Origin: Eledone cirrhosa
Lineage: Eukaryota
Length of the DNA stretch: 64,000 nt
Direction: 5' to 3'
Assembly: GCA_964016885.1 (NCBI GenBank)
Contig: OZ024754.1
Coordinates: 20,894,001 to 20,958,000 of the forward strand
The position numbers and the translations under genes are program-made. Positions 1 through 15,400 of this stretch are shown here, piece by piece (position 1 is the stretch's first letter; each line of letters begins with the position of its first letter). Under the pieces are notes generated by a model, which saw nothing but the letters and a program-made list of their open reading frames with translations, made no database searches and was not told the DNA's origin.

Positions 1-464
1 CAGCCTTGGTATTAACATAGACTCCCTCCCATATTAGCCTTGGTATTAATATAGACTCCCTCCCATATTAGCCTTGGTATTAACATAGACTCCCTCCCAT
101 ATTACCCTTGTTATTAACATAGACTGCCTCCCATATTACCCTTGGTATTAACATAGGGACTCCCTCCCATTTTACCCTTTGTATTAACATAGACTCCCTC
201 CCATATTACCCTTAGTATTAACATAGACACCCTCCCATATTACCCTTGGTATTAACATAGACTCCCTCCCATATTAGCCTTGGTATTAATATAGGGACTC
301 CCTTGTTATATTACCCTTAGTATTAACATAGACTCCCTCCCATATTACCCTTGGTATTAACATAGACTCCCTCCCATATTAGCCTTGTATTAACATAGAC
401 TCCCTCCCATATTAGCCTTGGTATTAACATAGACTCCCTCCCATATTACCCTTGGTATTAACAT

Positions 465-1800
465 AGGGCCTCCCTCCCATATTACCCTTGGTATTAACAT
501 GGACTCCCTCCCATATTAGCCTTATTAAAATAGGGACTCCCTCCCATATTACCCTTGGTATTAACATAGAGAAACCCCACCCCCATATTACCCTTGGTAT
601 TAATATAGACTCCCTCCCATATTACCCTTGGTATTAACAAGAGACGCCCTCCCATATTACCCTTGGTATTAACATAGAGACGCCATCCCATATAACCCTT
701 GGTATTAACATAGACACCCTCCCATATTACCCTTGGTATTAACATAGACTCCCTCCCATATTACCCTTGGTATTAACATAGAGACTCCCTCCCATATTAA
801 CATTGGTATTAACATAGACTCCCTCCCATATTACCCATGGTGTCAACATAGACTCCCTCCCATATTAGACTTGGTATTAACATAGACTCCCTCCCATATT
901 ACCCTTGGTATTAACATAGACTCCCGCCCATATTACCCTTGGTATTAACATAGACTCCCTCCCATATTAGCCTTGGTATTAATATAGAGACTCCGCCCCC
1001 CATATTACCCTTGGTATTAACATAGACTCCCTCCCATATTAGCCTTGTATTAACATAGAATCCCTCACATATTACCCTTGGTATTAACATAGACTCCCTC
1101 CCATATTACCCATGGTATTAACATAGACTCCCTCCCATATTACCCTTGGTATTAACATAGGGACTCCCTCCCATATTACACTTGGTATTAACATAGACTC
1201 CCTCCCATATTACCCTTGGTATTAACATAGACTCCCTCCCATATTACCCTTGGTATTAACATAGAGACTCCGTCCCGTATTACCCTTGGTATTAACATAG
1301 ACTCACTCCCATATTACCCTTGGTATTAACATAGGGACTCCCTCCCATATTACCCTTGATATTAACATAGGGACTCCCTCTCATATTACCCTTGGTATTA
1401 ACATAGACTCCCTCACATATTACCCTTGGTGTTAACATAGACTCCCTCACATATTACCCTTGGTATTCACATAGACTCCCTCCCATATTACCCTTGGTAT
1501 TAACATAGGGACTCCCTCCCATATTACCCTTGGTATTAACATAGACTCCCTCCCATATTAGCCTTGGTATTTACATAGACACCCTCCCATATTACCCTTG
1601 GTATTAACATAGACTCCCTCCCATATTCCTGTTGGTATTAATATAGGGACTCCCTCCCATATTAGCCTTGGTATTAACATAGGGACTCCCTCCCATATTA
1701 GCCTTGGTATTAACATAGGGACTCCCTCCCATATTAGCCTTGGTATTAACATAGACTCCCTCCCATATTAGCCTTGGTATTTACATAGACTCCCTCCCAT
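465..1800. repeat. Example copy of the ancestral higher-order cassette (ordered series of variant monomers)
   Basis: Order of markers: GGGCCTCC (~467), CATGG plus GGT-deleted unit (~500-530), GAGA..CCCCACCCC (~570), GACGCC units (~643, ~679), AACATTGG (~799), CCCATGG (~835), AGACTTGG (~867), CCG(C)n (~972), CCGTCCCGT (~1270), TCACT (~1303), CTCTCAT (~1378), TCACAT..GGTGTT (~1413-1433), TTCCTGTTGG (~1626), three 36-bp TTAGCC units, TTTACAT (~1780). The same order recurs across the window. Confidence 0.8.
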
Positions 1801-2059
1801 ATTACCCTTGGTATTAACATAGACTCCCGCCCATATTACCCTTAGTATCAACATAGGGACTCCCTCCCATATTAGCCTTGGTATTAACATAGACTCCCTT
1901 CCATATTACCCTTGGTATTAACATAGACTCCCTCCCATATTACCCTTGGTATTAACATAGACTCCCTCCCATATTAGCCTTGCTATTAACATAGACTCCC
2001 TCCCATATTACCCTTGGTATTAACATAGACTCCCTCCCATATTACCCTTGGTATTAACA

Positions 2060-5000
2060 TAGGGACTCCCTCCCATATTACCCTTGGTATTAACATAGAC
2101 TCCCTCCCATATTACCCTTGGTATTAACATAGACAGCCTCCCATATTACCCTTGGTATTAACATAGACTCCCTCCCATATTAGCCTTGGTATGAACATAG
2201 AGACTCCGTCCCGTATTAGCCTTGGTATTAACGTAGACTCACTCCCATATTACCCTTGGTATTAACATAGACTCCCTCCCATATTAGACTTGATATTAAC
2301 ATAGGGACTCCCTCTCATATTACCCTTGGTATTAACATAGACTCCCTCACATATTAACCTTGGTGTTAACATAGACTCCCTCCCATATTCCTGTTGGTAT
2401 TAACATAGGGACTCCCTCCCATATTAGCCTTGGTATTAACATAGGGACTCCCTCCCATATTAGCCTTGGTATTAACATAGGGAGTCCCTCCCATATTAGC
2501 CTTGGTATTAACATAGACTCCCTCCCATATTAGCCTTGGTATTTACATAGACTCCCTCCCATATTACCCTTGGTATTAACATAGACTCCCTCCCATATTA
2601 CCCTTGGTATTAACATAGGGACTCCCTCCCATATTAGCCTTGGTATTAACATAGACTCCCTCCCATATTACCCTTGGTATTAACATAGACTCCCTCCCAT
2701 ATTACCCTTGGTATTAACACAGACTCCCTCCCATGTTAGCCTTGGTATTAACATAGACTCCCTCCCATATTAGCCTTGGTATTAACATAGACTCCCTCCC
2801 ATATTAGCCTTGGTATTAACATAGACTCCCTCCCATATTAGCCTTGGTATTAACATAGACTCCCTCCCATATTACCCTTGGTATTAACATAGACTCCCTC
2901 CCATATTACCCTTGGTATTAACATAGACACCCTCCCATATTACCCTTGGTATTAACATAGACTCCCTCCCATATTAGCCTTGGTATTAACATAGGGACTC
3001 CATCCTATATTACCCTTAGTATTAACATAGACTCCCTCCCATATTACCCTTGGTATTAACATAGAAACGCCCTCCCATATTACCCTTGGTATTAACATAG
3101 ACTCCCTCCCATATTACCCTTGGTATTATCATAGACTCCCTCCCATATTAGCCTTGGTATTAACATAGGGACTCCCTCCTATATTACCCTTGGTATTAAC
3201 ATAGACTCCCTCCCATATTAGCCTTCGTATTAACATAGACTCCCTCCCATATTAGCCTTGGTATTAACATAGACTCCCTCCCATATTACCCTTGGTATTA
3301 ACATAGGGACTCCCTCCCATATTACCCTTGGTATTAACATAGGGCCTCCCTCCCATATTACCCTTGGTATTAACATGGACTCCCTCCCATATTAGCCTTA
3401 TTAACATAGGGACTCCCTCCCACATTACCCTTGGTATTAACATAGACACCCTCCCATATTACCCTTGGTATTATCATAGGGACTCCCTCCCATATTACCC
3501 TTTGTATTAACATAGACTCCCTCCCATATTACCCTTGGTATGAACAAAGACTCCCTCCCATATTAGCCTTCGTATTAACATAGGGACTCCCTCCCATATT
3601 ACCCTTGGTATTAACATAGGGACTCCCTCCCATATTACCCTTGGTATTAACATAGACTCCCTCCCATATTACCCTTGGTATTAACATAGACTCCCTCCCA
3701 TGTTAGCCTTAGTATTAACATAGACTCCCTCCCATATTAGCCTTGGTATTAACATAGACTCCCTCCCATATTAGCCTTGGTATTAACATAGAGACGCCCT
3801 CCCATATTACCCTTGGTATTAATATAGACTCCCTCCCATATTACCCTTGGTATTAACATAGACTCCCTCCCATATTACCCTTGGTATTAACATAGACACC
3901 CTCCCATATTACCCTTGGTATTAACATAGACTCCATCACATGTTAGCCTTGGTATTACCATAGACTCCCTCCCATATTAGCCTTGGTATTAACATAGACT
4001 CCCTCCCATATTAGCCTTGGTATTAACATAGACTCCCTCCCATATTAGCCTTAGTATTAACATAGGGACTCCCTCCTATATTACCCTTAGTATTAACATA
4101 GACTCCCTCCCATATTACCCTTGGTATTAACATAGACTCCCTCACATGTTAGCCTTGGTATTAACATAGACTCCCTCCCATATTAGCCTTGGTATTAACA
4201 TAGACTCCCTCCCATATTAGCCTTGGTATAAACATAGACTCCCTCCCATATTAGCCTTAGTATTAACATAGACTCCCTCCATTATTACCCTTGGTATTAA
4301 CATAGACTCCCTCCCTATATTAGCCTTGGTATTAACATAGACTCCCTCCCATATTAGCCTTGGTATTAACATAGACTCCCTCCCATATTACCCTTGGTAT
4401 TAACATAGACTCCCTCCCATATTACCCTTGGTATTAACATAGGGCCTCCTTCCCATATTACCCTTGGTATTAACATGGAATCCCTCCCATATTAGCCTTA
4501 TTAACATAGGGACTCCCTCCCATATTTCCCTTGGTATTAAAATAGAGACACCCCACATCCATATTACCCTTGGTATTAATATAGGGACTCCCTCCCATAT
4601 TACCCTTGGTATTAACATAGGGACTCCCTCCCATATTACCTTTGGTATTAACATAGACTCCCTCCCATATTACCCTTGGTATTAACATAGACAGCCTCCC
4701 ATATTACCCTTGGTATTAACATAGACTCCCTCCCATATTAGCCTTGGTATGAACATAGAGACTCCGTCCCGTATTACCCTTGGTATTAACATAGACTCAC
4801 CCCCATATTACCCTTGGTATTAACATAGACTCCCTCCCATATTAGACTTGATATTAACATAGACTCCCTCCCATATTACCCTTGGTATTAACATAGACTC
4901 CCTCCCATATTACCCTTGGTATTAACATAGGGACTCCCTCCCATATTAGCCTTGGTATTAACATAGACTCCCTCACATATTAACCTTGGTGTTAACATAG

Positions 5001-6750
5001 ACTCCCTCCCATATTCCTGTTGGTATTAACATAGGGACTCCCTCCCATATTAGCCTTGGTATTAACATAGGGACTCCCTCCCATATTAGCCTTGGTATTA
5101 ACATAGGGACTCCCTCCCATATTAGCCTTGGTATTAACATAGACTCCCTCCCATATTACCCTTGGTATTAACATAGACTCCCTCCCATATTACCCTTGGT
5201 ATTAACATAGGGACTCCCTCCCATATTAGCCTTGGTATTAACATAGACTCCCTCCCATATTACCCTTGGTATTAACATAGACTCCCTCCCATATTACCCT
5301 TGGTATTAACACAGACTCCCTCCCATGTTAGCCTTGGTATTAACATAGACTCCCTCCCATATTAGCCTTGGTATTAACATAGACTCCCTCCCATATTAGC
5401 CTTGGTATTAACATAGACTCCCTCCCATATTAGCCTTGGTATTAACATAGACTCCCTCCCATATTACCCTTGGTATTAACATAGACTCCCTCCCATATTA
5501 CCCTTGGTATTAACATAGACACCCTCCCATATTACCCTTGGTATTAACATAGACTCCCTCCCATATTAGTCTTGGTATTAACATAGAGACTCCATCCTAT
5601 ATTACCCTTAGTATTAACATAGACTCCCTCCCATATTACCCTTGGTATTAACATAGACTCCCTCCCATGTTAGCCTTGGTGTTAACATAGACTCCCTCCG
5701 ATATTAGCCTTGGTATTAACATAGACTCCCTCCCATATTAGCCTTCATATTAACATAGACTCCCTCCCATATTAGCCTTGGTATTAACATAGACTCCCTC
5801 CCATATTACCCTTGGTATTAACATAGGGACTCCCTCCCATATTACCCTTGGTATTAACATAGGGCCTCCCTCCCATATTACCCTTGGTATTAACATGGAC
5901 TCCCTCCCATATTAGCATTATTAACATAGGGACCCCCTCCCATATTACCCTTGGTATTAACATAGACACCCTCCCATATTACCCTTGGTATTATCATAGG
6001 GACTCCCTCCCATATTACCCTTTGTATTAACATAGACTCCCTCCCATATTACCCTTGGTATGAACAAAGACTCCCTCCCATATTAGCCTTCGTATTAACA
6101 TAGGGACTCCCTCCCATATTACCCTTGGTATTAACATAGGGACTCCTTCCCATATTACCCTTGGTATTAACATAGACTCCCTCCCATATTACCCTTGGTA
6201 TTAACATAGACTCACTCCCATGTTAGCCTTAGTATTAACATAGACTCCCTCCCATATTAGCCTTGGTATTAACATAGACTCCCTCCCATATTAGCCTTGG
6301 TATTAACATAGAGACGCCCTCCCATATTACCCTTGGTATTAATATAGACTCCCTCCCATATTAGCCTTGGTATTAACATAGACTCCCTCCCATATTAGCC
6401 TTGGTATTAACATAGACTCCCTCCCATATTAGCCTTAGTATTAACATAGGGACTCCCTCCTATATTACCCTTAGAATTAACATAGACTCCCTCCCATATT
6501 ACCCTTGGTATTAACATAGACTCCCTCACATGTTAGCCTTGGTATTAACATAGACTCCCTCCCATATTAGCCTTGGTATTAACATAGACTCCCTCCCATA
6601 TTAGCCTTGGTATAAACATAGACTCCCTTCCATATTAGCCTTAGTATTAACATAGACTCCCTCCATTATTACCCTTGGTATTAACATAGACTCCCTCCCA
6701 TATTAGCCTTGGTATTAACATAGACTCCCTCCCATATTAGCCTTGGTATT
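2060..6750. repeat. Older tandem duplication, ~2.4-2.56 kb period (~2060-4400 vs ~4620-6750), differing by whole-monomer indels
   Basis: Private markers: ATGAACATAGAGACTCCGT at 2191/4749 (offset 2558), TGAACAAAGA at 3541/6061 (2520), TATAAACAT at 4227/6611 (2384 = 2520 - 4x34). ORFs at 3264/5784 have offset 2520. Confidence 0.75.
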
Positions 6751-6988
6751 AACATAGACTCCCTCCCATATTAGCCTTATTAACATAGGGACTCCCTCCC
6801 ATATTTCCCTTGGTATTAACATAGAGACACCCCACCCCCATATTACCCTTGGTATTAATATAGACTCCCTCCCATATTACCTTTGGTATTAACATAGACT
6901 CCCTCCCATATTAGTCTTGGTATTAATATAGAGACTCCCCCCCCCCCATATTACCCTTGGTATTAACACAGACTCCCTCCCATATTAG

Positions 6989-9900
6989 CCTTGGTATTAA
7001 CATAGACTCCCTCCCATATTAGCCTTGGTATTAACATAGACTCCCTCCCATATTAGTCTTGGTATTAATATAGAGACTCCGCCCCCCCCCCCCATATTAC
7101 CCTTGGTATTAACACAGACTCCCTCCCATATTAGCCTTGGTATTAACACAGACTCCCTCCCATAATACCCTTGGTATTAACATAGACTCCCTCCCATATT
7201 ACCCTTGGTATTAACATTGACTCCCTCACATATTACCCTTGGTATTAACATAGACTACCTCCTATATTACCCTTGGTATTGACATAGGGACTCCCTCCCA
7301 TATTACCCTTGGTATTAACATAGTGACTCCCTCCCATATTACCCTTGGTATTAACATAGACTCCCTCCCATATTACCCTTGGTATTAACATAGACTCCCT
7401 CCCATATTAGCCTTGGTATTAACATAGAGACTCCGTCCCGTATTACCCTTGGTATCATCATAGACTCACTCCCATATTACCCTTGGTATTAACATAGGGA
7501 CTCCCTCCCATATTACCCTTGGTATTAACATAGGGACTCCCTCTCATATTACCCTTGGTATTAACATAGACTCCCTCACATATTACCCTTGGTGTTAACA
7601 TAGACTCCCTCCCATATTCCTGTTGGTATTAACATAGGGACTCCCTCCCATATTAGCCTTGGTATTAACATAGGGACTCCCTCCCATATTACCCTTGGTA
7701 TTAACATAGGGACTCCCTCTCATATTACCCTTGGTATTAACATAGACTCCCTCACATATTACCCTTGGTGTTAACATAGACTCCCTCCCATATTCCTGTT
7801 GGTATTAACATAGGGACTCCCTCCCATATTAGCCTTGGTATTAACATAGGGACTCCCTCCCATATTAGCCTTGGTATTAACATAGGGACTCCCTCCCATA
7901 TTAGCCTTGGTATTAACATAGACTCCCTCCCATATTAGCCTTGGTATTTACATAGACTCCCTCCCATATTACCCTTGGTATTAACATAGACTCCCTCCCA
8001 TATTACCCTTGGTATTAACATAGGGACTCCCTCCCATATTAGCCTTGGTATTAACATAGACTCCCTCCCATATTACCGTTGGTATTAACATAGACTCCCT
8101 CCCATGTTAGCCTTGGTATTAACATAGACTCCCTCCCATATTAGCCTTGGTATTAACATAGACTCCCTCCCATATTAGCCTTGGTATTAACATAGACTCC
8201 CTCCCATATTACCCTTGGTATTAACATAGACTCCCTCCCATATTACCCTTGGTATTAACATAGACTCCCTACCATATTACCCTTGGTATTAACATAGGGA
8301 CTCCCTCCCATATTACCATTGGTATTAACATAGGGACTCCCTCCCATATTACCCTTGGTATTAACATAGACTCCCTCCCATATTACCCTTGGTATTAACA
8401 TAGACACCCTCCCATATTACCCTTGGTATTAACATAGACTCCCTACCATATTAGCCTTGGTATTAACATAGGGACTCCCTCCTATATTACCCTTAGTATT
8501 CAGATAGACTCCCTCCCATATTACCCTTGGTATTAACATAGACTCCCTCCCATGTTAGCCTTGGTATTAACATAGACTCCCTCCCATATTAGCCTTGGTA
8601 TTAACATAGACTCCCTCCCATATTAGCCTTGGTATTAACATAAACTCCCTCCCATATTAGCCTTAGTATTAACATAGACTCCTTCCCATATTACCCTTGG
8701 TATTAACATAGACTCCCTCCCATATTAGCCTTGGTATTAACATAGGCTCCCTCCCATATTAGCCTTAGTATTAACATAGACTCCTTCACATATTACCCTT
8801 GGTATTAACATAGACTCCCTCCCATATTAGCCTTGGTATTAACATAGACTCCCTCCCATATGAGCCTTGGTATTAACATAGACTCCCTCCCATATTACCC
8901 TTGGTATTAACATAGGGACTCCCTCCCATATTACCCTTGGTATTAACATAGGGCCTCCCTCCCATATTACCCTTGGTATTAACATGGACTCCCACCCATA
9001 TTAGCCTTATTAACATAGGGACTCCCTCCCATATTACCCTTGGTATTAACATAGACTCCCTCCCATATTACCCTTGGTATTAACATAGGGACTCCCTCCC
9101 ATATTACCCTTGGTATTAACATAGACTCCCTCCCATATTACCCTTGGTATTAACATAGACTCCCTCCCATGTTAGCCTTGGTATTAACATAGACTCCCTC
9201 CCATATTAGCCTTGGTATTAACATAGACTCCCTCCCATATTACCCTTGGTATTAACATAGACTCCCTCCCATATTACCCTTGGTATTAACATAGGGACTC
9301 CCTCCCATATTACCCTTGGTAGTAACATAGGGACTCCCTCCCATATTACCCTTGGTATTAACATAGACTCCCTCCCATATTACCCTTGGTATTAACATAG
9401 ACACCCTCCCATATTACCCTTGGTATTAACATAGACTCCCTCCCATATTACCCTTGGTATTAACATAGGGACTCCCTCCCGTATTACCCTTGGTATTAAC
9501 ATAGGGCCTCCCTCCTATATTACCCTTGGTATTAACATGGACTCCCTCCCATATTAGCCTTATTAACATAGGGACTCCCTCCCATATTACCCTTGGTATT
9601 AACATAGAGACACCCCACCCCCATACTACCCTTGGTATTAATATAGACTCCCTCCCATATTACCCTTGGTATTAACATAGAGACGCCCTCCCATATTACC
9701 CTTGGTATTAGCATAGAGACGCCATCCCATATTACCCTTGGTATTAACATAGACTCCCTCCCATATTAGCCTTGGTATTAACATAGACTCCCTCCCATAT
9801 TAGTCTTGGTATTAATATAGAGACTCCGCCCCCCCCCATATTACCCTTGGTATTAACACAGACTCCCTCCCATATTAGCCTTGGTATTAACACAGACTCC

Positions 9901-12498
9901 CTCCCATAATACCCTTGGTATTAACATAGACTCCCTCCCATATTACCCTTGGTATTAACATTGACTCCCTCACATATTACCCTTGGTATTAACATAGACT
10001 ACCTCCTATATTACCCTTGGTATTGACATAGGGACTCCCTCCCATATTACCCTTGGTATTAACATAGTGACTCCCTCCCATATTACCCTTGGTATTAACA
10101 TAGACTCCCTCCCATATTACCCTTGGTATTAACATAGACTCCCTCCCATATTAGCCTTGGTATTAACATAGAGACTCCGTCCCGTATTACCCTTGGTATC
10201 ATCATAGACTCACTCCCATATTACCCTTGGTATTAACATAGGGACTCCCTCCCATATTACCCTTGGTATTAACATAGGGACTCCCTCTCATATTACCCTT
10301 GGTATTAACATAGACTCCCTCACATATTACCCTTGGTGTTAACATAGACTCCCTCCCATATTCCTGTTGGTATTAACATAGGGACTCCCTCCCATATTAG
10401 CCTTGGTATTAACATAGGGACTCCCTCCCATATTACCCTTGGTATTAACATAGGGACTCCCTCTCATATTACCCTTGGTATTAACATAGACTCCCTCACA
10501 TATTACCCTTGGTGTTAACATAGACTCCCTCCCATATTCCTGTTGGTATTAACATAGGGACTCCCTCCCATATTAGCCTTGGTATTAACATAGGGACTCC
10601 CTCCCATATTAGCCTTGGTATTAACATAGGGACTCCCTCCCATATTAGCCTTGGTATTAACATAGACTCCCTCCCATATTAGCCTTGGTATTTACATAGA
10701 CTCCCTCCCATATTACCCTTGGTATTAACATAGACTCCCTCCCATATTACCCTTGGTATTAACATAGGGACTCCCTCCCATATTAGCCTTGGTATTAACA
10801 TAGACTCCCTCCCATATTACCGTTGGTATTAACATAGACTCCCTCCCATGTTAGCCTTGGTATTAACATAGACTCCCTCCCATATTAGCCTTGGTATTAA
10901 CATAGACTCCCTCCCATATTAGCCTTGGTATTAACATAGACTCCCTCCCATATTACCCTTGGTATTAACATAGACTCCCTCCCATATTACCCTTGGTATT
11001 AACATAGACTCCCTACCATATTACCCTTGGTATTAACATAGGGACTCCCTCCCATATTACCATTGGTATTAACATAGGGACTCCCTCCCATATTACCCTT
11101 GGTATTAACATAGACTCCCTCCCATATTACCCTTGGTATTAACATAGACACCCTCCCATATTACCCTTGGTATTAACATAGACTCCCTACCATATTAGCC
11201 TTGGTATTAACATAGGGACTCCCTCCTATATTACCCTTAGTATTCAGATAGACTCCCTCCCATATTACCCTTGGTATTAACATAGACTCCCTCCCATGTT
11301 AGCCTTGGTATTAACATAGACTCCCTCCCATATTAGCCTTGGTATTAACATAGACTCCCTCCCATATTAGCCTTGGTATTAACATAAACTCCCTCCCATA
11401 TTAGCCTTAGTATTAACATAGACTCCTTCCCATATTACCCTTGGTATTAACATAGACTCCCTCCCATATTAGCCTTGGTATTAACATAGGCTCCCTCCCA
11501 TATTAGCCTTAGTATTAACATAGACTCCTTCACATATTACCCTTGGTATTAACATAGACTCCCTCCCATATTAGCCTTGGTATTAACATAGACTCCCTCC
11601 CATATGAGCCTTGGTATTAACATAGACTCCCTCCCATATTACCCTTGGTATTAACATAGGGACTCCCTCCCATATTACCCTTGGTATTAACATAGGGCCT
11701 CCCTCCCATATTACCCTTGGTATTAACATGGACTCCCACCCATATTAGCCTTATTAACATAGGGACTCCCTCCCATATTACCCTTGGTATTAACATAGAC
11801 TCCCTCCCATATTACCCTTGGTATTAACATAGGGACTCCCTCCCATATTACCCTTGGTATTAACATAGACTCCCTCCCATATTACCCTTGGTATTAACAT
11901 AGACTCCCTCCCATGTTAGCCTTGGTATTAACATAGACTCCCTCCCATATTAGCCTTGGTATTAACATAGACTCCCTCCCATATTACCCTTGGTATTAAC
12001 ATAGACTCCCTCCCATATTACCCTTGGTATTAACATAGGGACTCCCTCCCATATTACCCTTGGTAGTAACATAGGGACTCCCTCCCATATTACCCTTGGT
12101 ATTAACATAGACTCCCTCCCATATTACCCTTGGTATTAACATAGACACCCTCCCATATTACCCTTGGTATTAACATAGACTCCCTCCCATATTACCCTTG
12201 GTATTAACATAGGGACTCCCTCCCGTATTACCCTTGGTATTAACATAGGGCCTCCCTCCTATATTACCCTTGGTATTAACATGGACTCCCTCCCATATTA
12301 GCCTTATTAACATAGGGACTCCCTCCCATATTACCCTTGGTATTAACATAGAGACACCCCACCCCCATACTACCCTTGGTATTAATATAGACTCCCTCCC
12401 ATATTACCCTTGGTATTAACATAGAGACGCCCTCCCATATTACCCTTGGTATTAGCATAGAGACGCCATCCCATATTACCCTTGGTATTAACATAGAC
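6989..12498. repeat. Near-identical tandem duplication of block A, period 2744 bp (6989-9754 / 9736-12498)
   Basis: Matching ORFs at 7595/10339 and 9532/12276 have offset 2744. Private marker CAGATAGAC occurs at 8501/11245. TAGTCTTGG at 7054/9801 has offset 2747, explained by a C-run of 12 vs 9. Confidence 0.92.
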
Positions 12499-15400
12499 AC
12501 CCTCCCATATTACCCTTGGTATTAACGTAGACACCCTCCCATATTACCCTTGGTATTAACATAGACACCCTCCCATATTACCCTTGGTATTATCATATGG
12601 ACTCCCTCCCATATTACCCTTGGTATTAACAAAAACTCCCACCCATATTACCCTTGGTATTAACATAGACTCCCTCCCATATTAGCCTTCGTATTAACAT
12701 AGGGACTCCCTCCCATATTACCCTTGGTATTAACATAGGGACTCCTTCCCATATTACCCTTGGTATTAACATAGACTCCCCCCCATGTTAGCGTTGGTAT
12801 TAACATAGACTCCCTCCCATATTACCCTTGGTATTAACATAAACTCCCTCCCATATTACCCTTGGTATTAACATAGACTCCCTCCCATATTAGCCTTCGT
12901 ATTAACATAGGGACTCCCTCCCATATTACCCTTGGTATTAACATAGGGACTCCCTCCCATATTGCCCTTGGTATTAACATAGACTCCCTCCCATGTTAGC
13001 CTTGGTATTAACATAGACTCCCTCCCATATTAGCCTTGGTATTAACATAGACTCCCTCCCATATTAGCCTTGGTATTAACATAGACTCCCTCCCATATTA
13101 CTCTTGGTATTAACATAGGGACTCCCTCCTATATTACCCTTGGTAGTAACATAGGGACTCCCTCCCATATTACCCTTGGTATTAACATAGACTCCCTCCC
13201 ATATTACCCTTGGTATTAACATAGACACCCTCCCATATTACCCTTGGTATTAACATAGACTCCCTCCCATATTAGCATTGGCATTAACATAGGGACTCCC
13301 TCCTATATTACCCTTAGTATTAACATAGACTCCCTCCCATATTACCCTTGGTATTAACATAGACTCCCTCCCATGTTAGCCTTGGTATTAACATAGACTC
13401 CCTCCCATATTAGCCTTGGTATTAACATAGACTCCCTCCCATATTAGCCTTGGTATTAACATAGACTCCCTCCCATATTAGCCTTAGTATTAACATAGAC
13501 TCCCTCCCATATTACCCTTGGTATTAACATAGACTCCCTCCCATATTAGCCTTGGTATTAACATAGACTCCCTCCCATATTAGCCTTGGTATTAACATAG
13601 ACTCCCTCCCATATTACCTTTGGTATTAACATAGGGACTCCCTCCCATATTACCCTTGGTATTAACATAGGGCCTCCCTCCCATATTACCCTTGGTATTA
13701 ACATGGACTCCCTCCCATATTAGCCTTATTAACATAGGGACTCCCTCCCATATTACCCTTGGTATTAACATAGAGACACCCCACTCCCATATTACCCTTC
13801 GTATTAATATAGACTCCCTCCCATATTACCCTTGGTATTAACATAGAGACGCCCTCCCATATTACCCTTGGTATTAACATAGAGACGCCATCCCATATTA
13901 CCCTTGGTATTAACATAGACTCCCTCCCATATTACCCTTGGTATTAACATAGAGACTGCCTCCCATATTAACATTGGTATTAACATAGACTCCCTCCCAT
14001 ATTACCCATGGTATTAACATAGACTCCCTCCCATATTAGACTTGGTATTAACATAGACTCCGTCCTATATTACCCTTGGTATTAACATAGACTCCCTCCC
14101 ATATTACACTTGGTATTAACATAGACTCCCTCCCATATTAGCCTTGGTATTAATATAGAGACTCCGCCCCCCCATATTACCCTTGGTATTAACATAGACT
14201 CCCTCCCATATTAGCCTTGGTATTAACATAGACTCCCTCACATATTACCATTGGTATTAACATAGACTCCCTCCCATATTACCCTTGGTATTAACATTGA
14301 CTCCCTCACATATTACCCTTGGTATTAACATAGACTCCCTCCCATATTACCCTTGGTATTAACATAGGGACTCCCTCCCATATTACCCTTGGTATTAACA
14401 TAGGGACTCTCTCCCATATTACCCTTGGTATTAACATAGACTCCCTCCCATATTACCCTTGGTATTAACATAGACTCCCTCCCATATTAGCCTTGGTATT
14501 AACATAGAGACCCCGTCCCGTATTACCCTTGGTATTAACATAAACTCACTCCCATATTACCCTTGGTATTAACATAGGGACTCCCTCCCATATTACCCTT
14601 GGTATTAACATAGGGACTCCCTCTCATATTACCCTTGGTATTAACATAGACTCCCTCACATATTACCCTTGGTGTTAACATAGACTCCCTCCCATATTAG
14701 CCTTGGTATTAACATAGACTCCCTCCCATATTAGTCTTGGTATTAATATAGAGACTCCGCCCCCCCCCATATTACCCTTGGTATTAACACAGACTCCCTC
14801 CCATATTAGCCTTGGTATTAACACAGACTCCCTCCCATAATACCCTTGGTATTAACATAGACTCCCTCCCATATTACCCTTGGTATTAACATTGACTCCC
14901 TCACATATTACCCTTGGTATTAACATAGACTACCTCCTATATTACCCTTGGTATTGACATAGGGACTCCCTCCCATATTACCCTTGGTATTAACATAGTG
15001 ACTCCCTCCCATATTACCCTTGGTATTAACATAGACTCCCTCCCATATTACCCTTGGTATTAACATAGACTCCCTCCCATATTAGCCTTGGTATTAACAT
15101 AGAGACTCCGTCCCGTATTACCCTTGGTATCATCATAGACTCACTCCCATATTACCCTTGGTATTAACATAGGGACTCCCTCCCATATTACCCTTGGTAT
15201 TAACATAGGGACTCCCTCTCATATTACCCTTGGTATTAACATAGACTCCCTCACATATTACCCTTGGTGTTAACATAGACTCCCTCCCATATTCCTGTTG
15301 GTATTAACATAGGGACTCCCTCCCATATTAGCCTTGGTATTAACATAGGGACTCCCTCCCATATTACCCTTGGTATTAACATAGGGACTCCCTCTCATAT

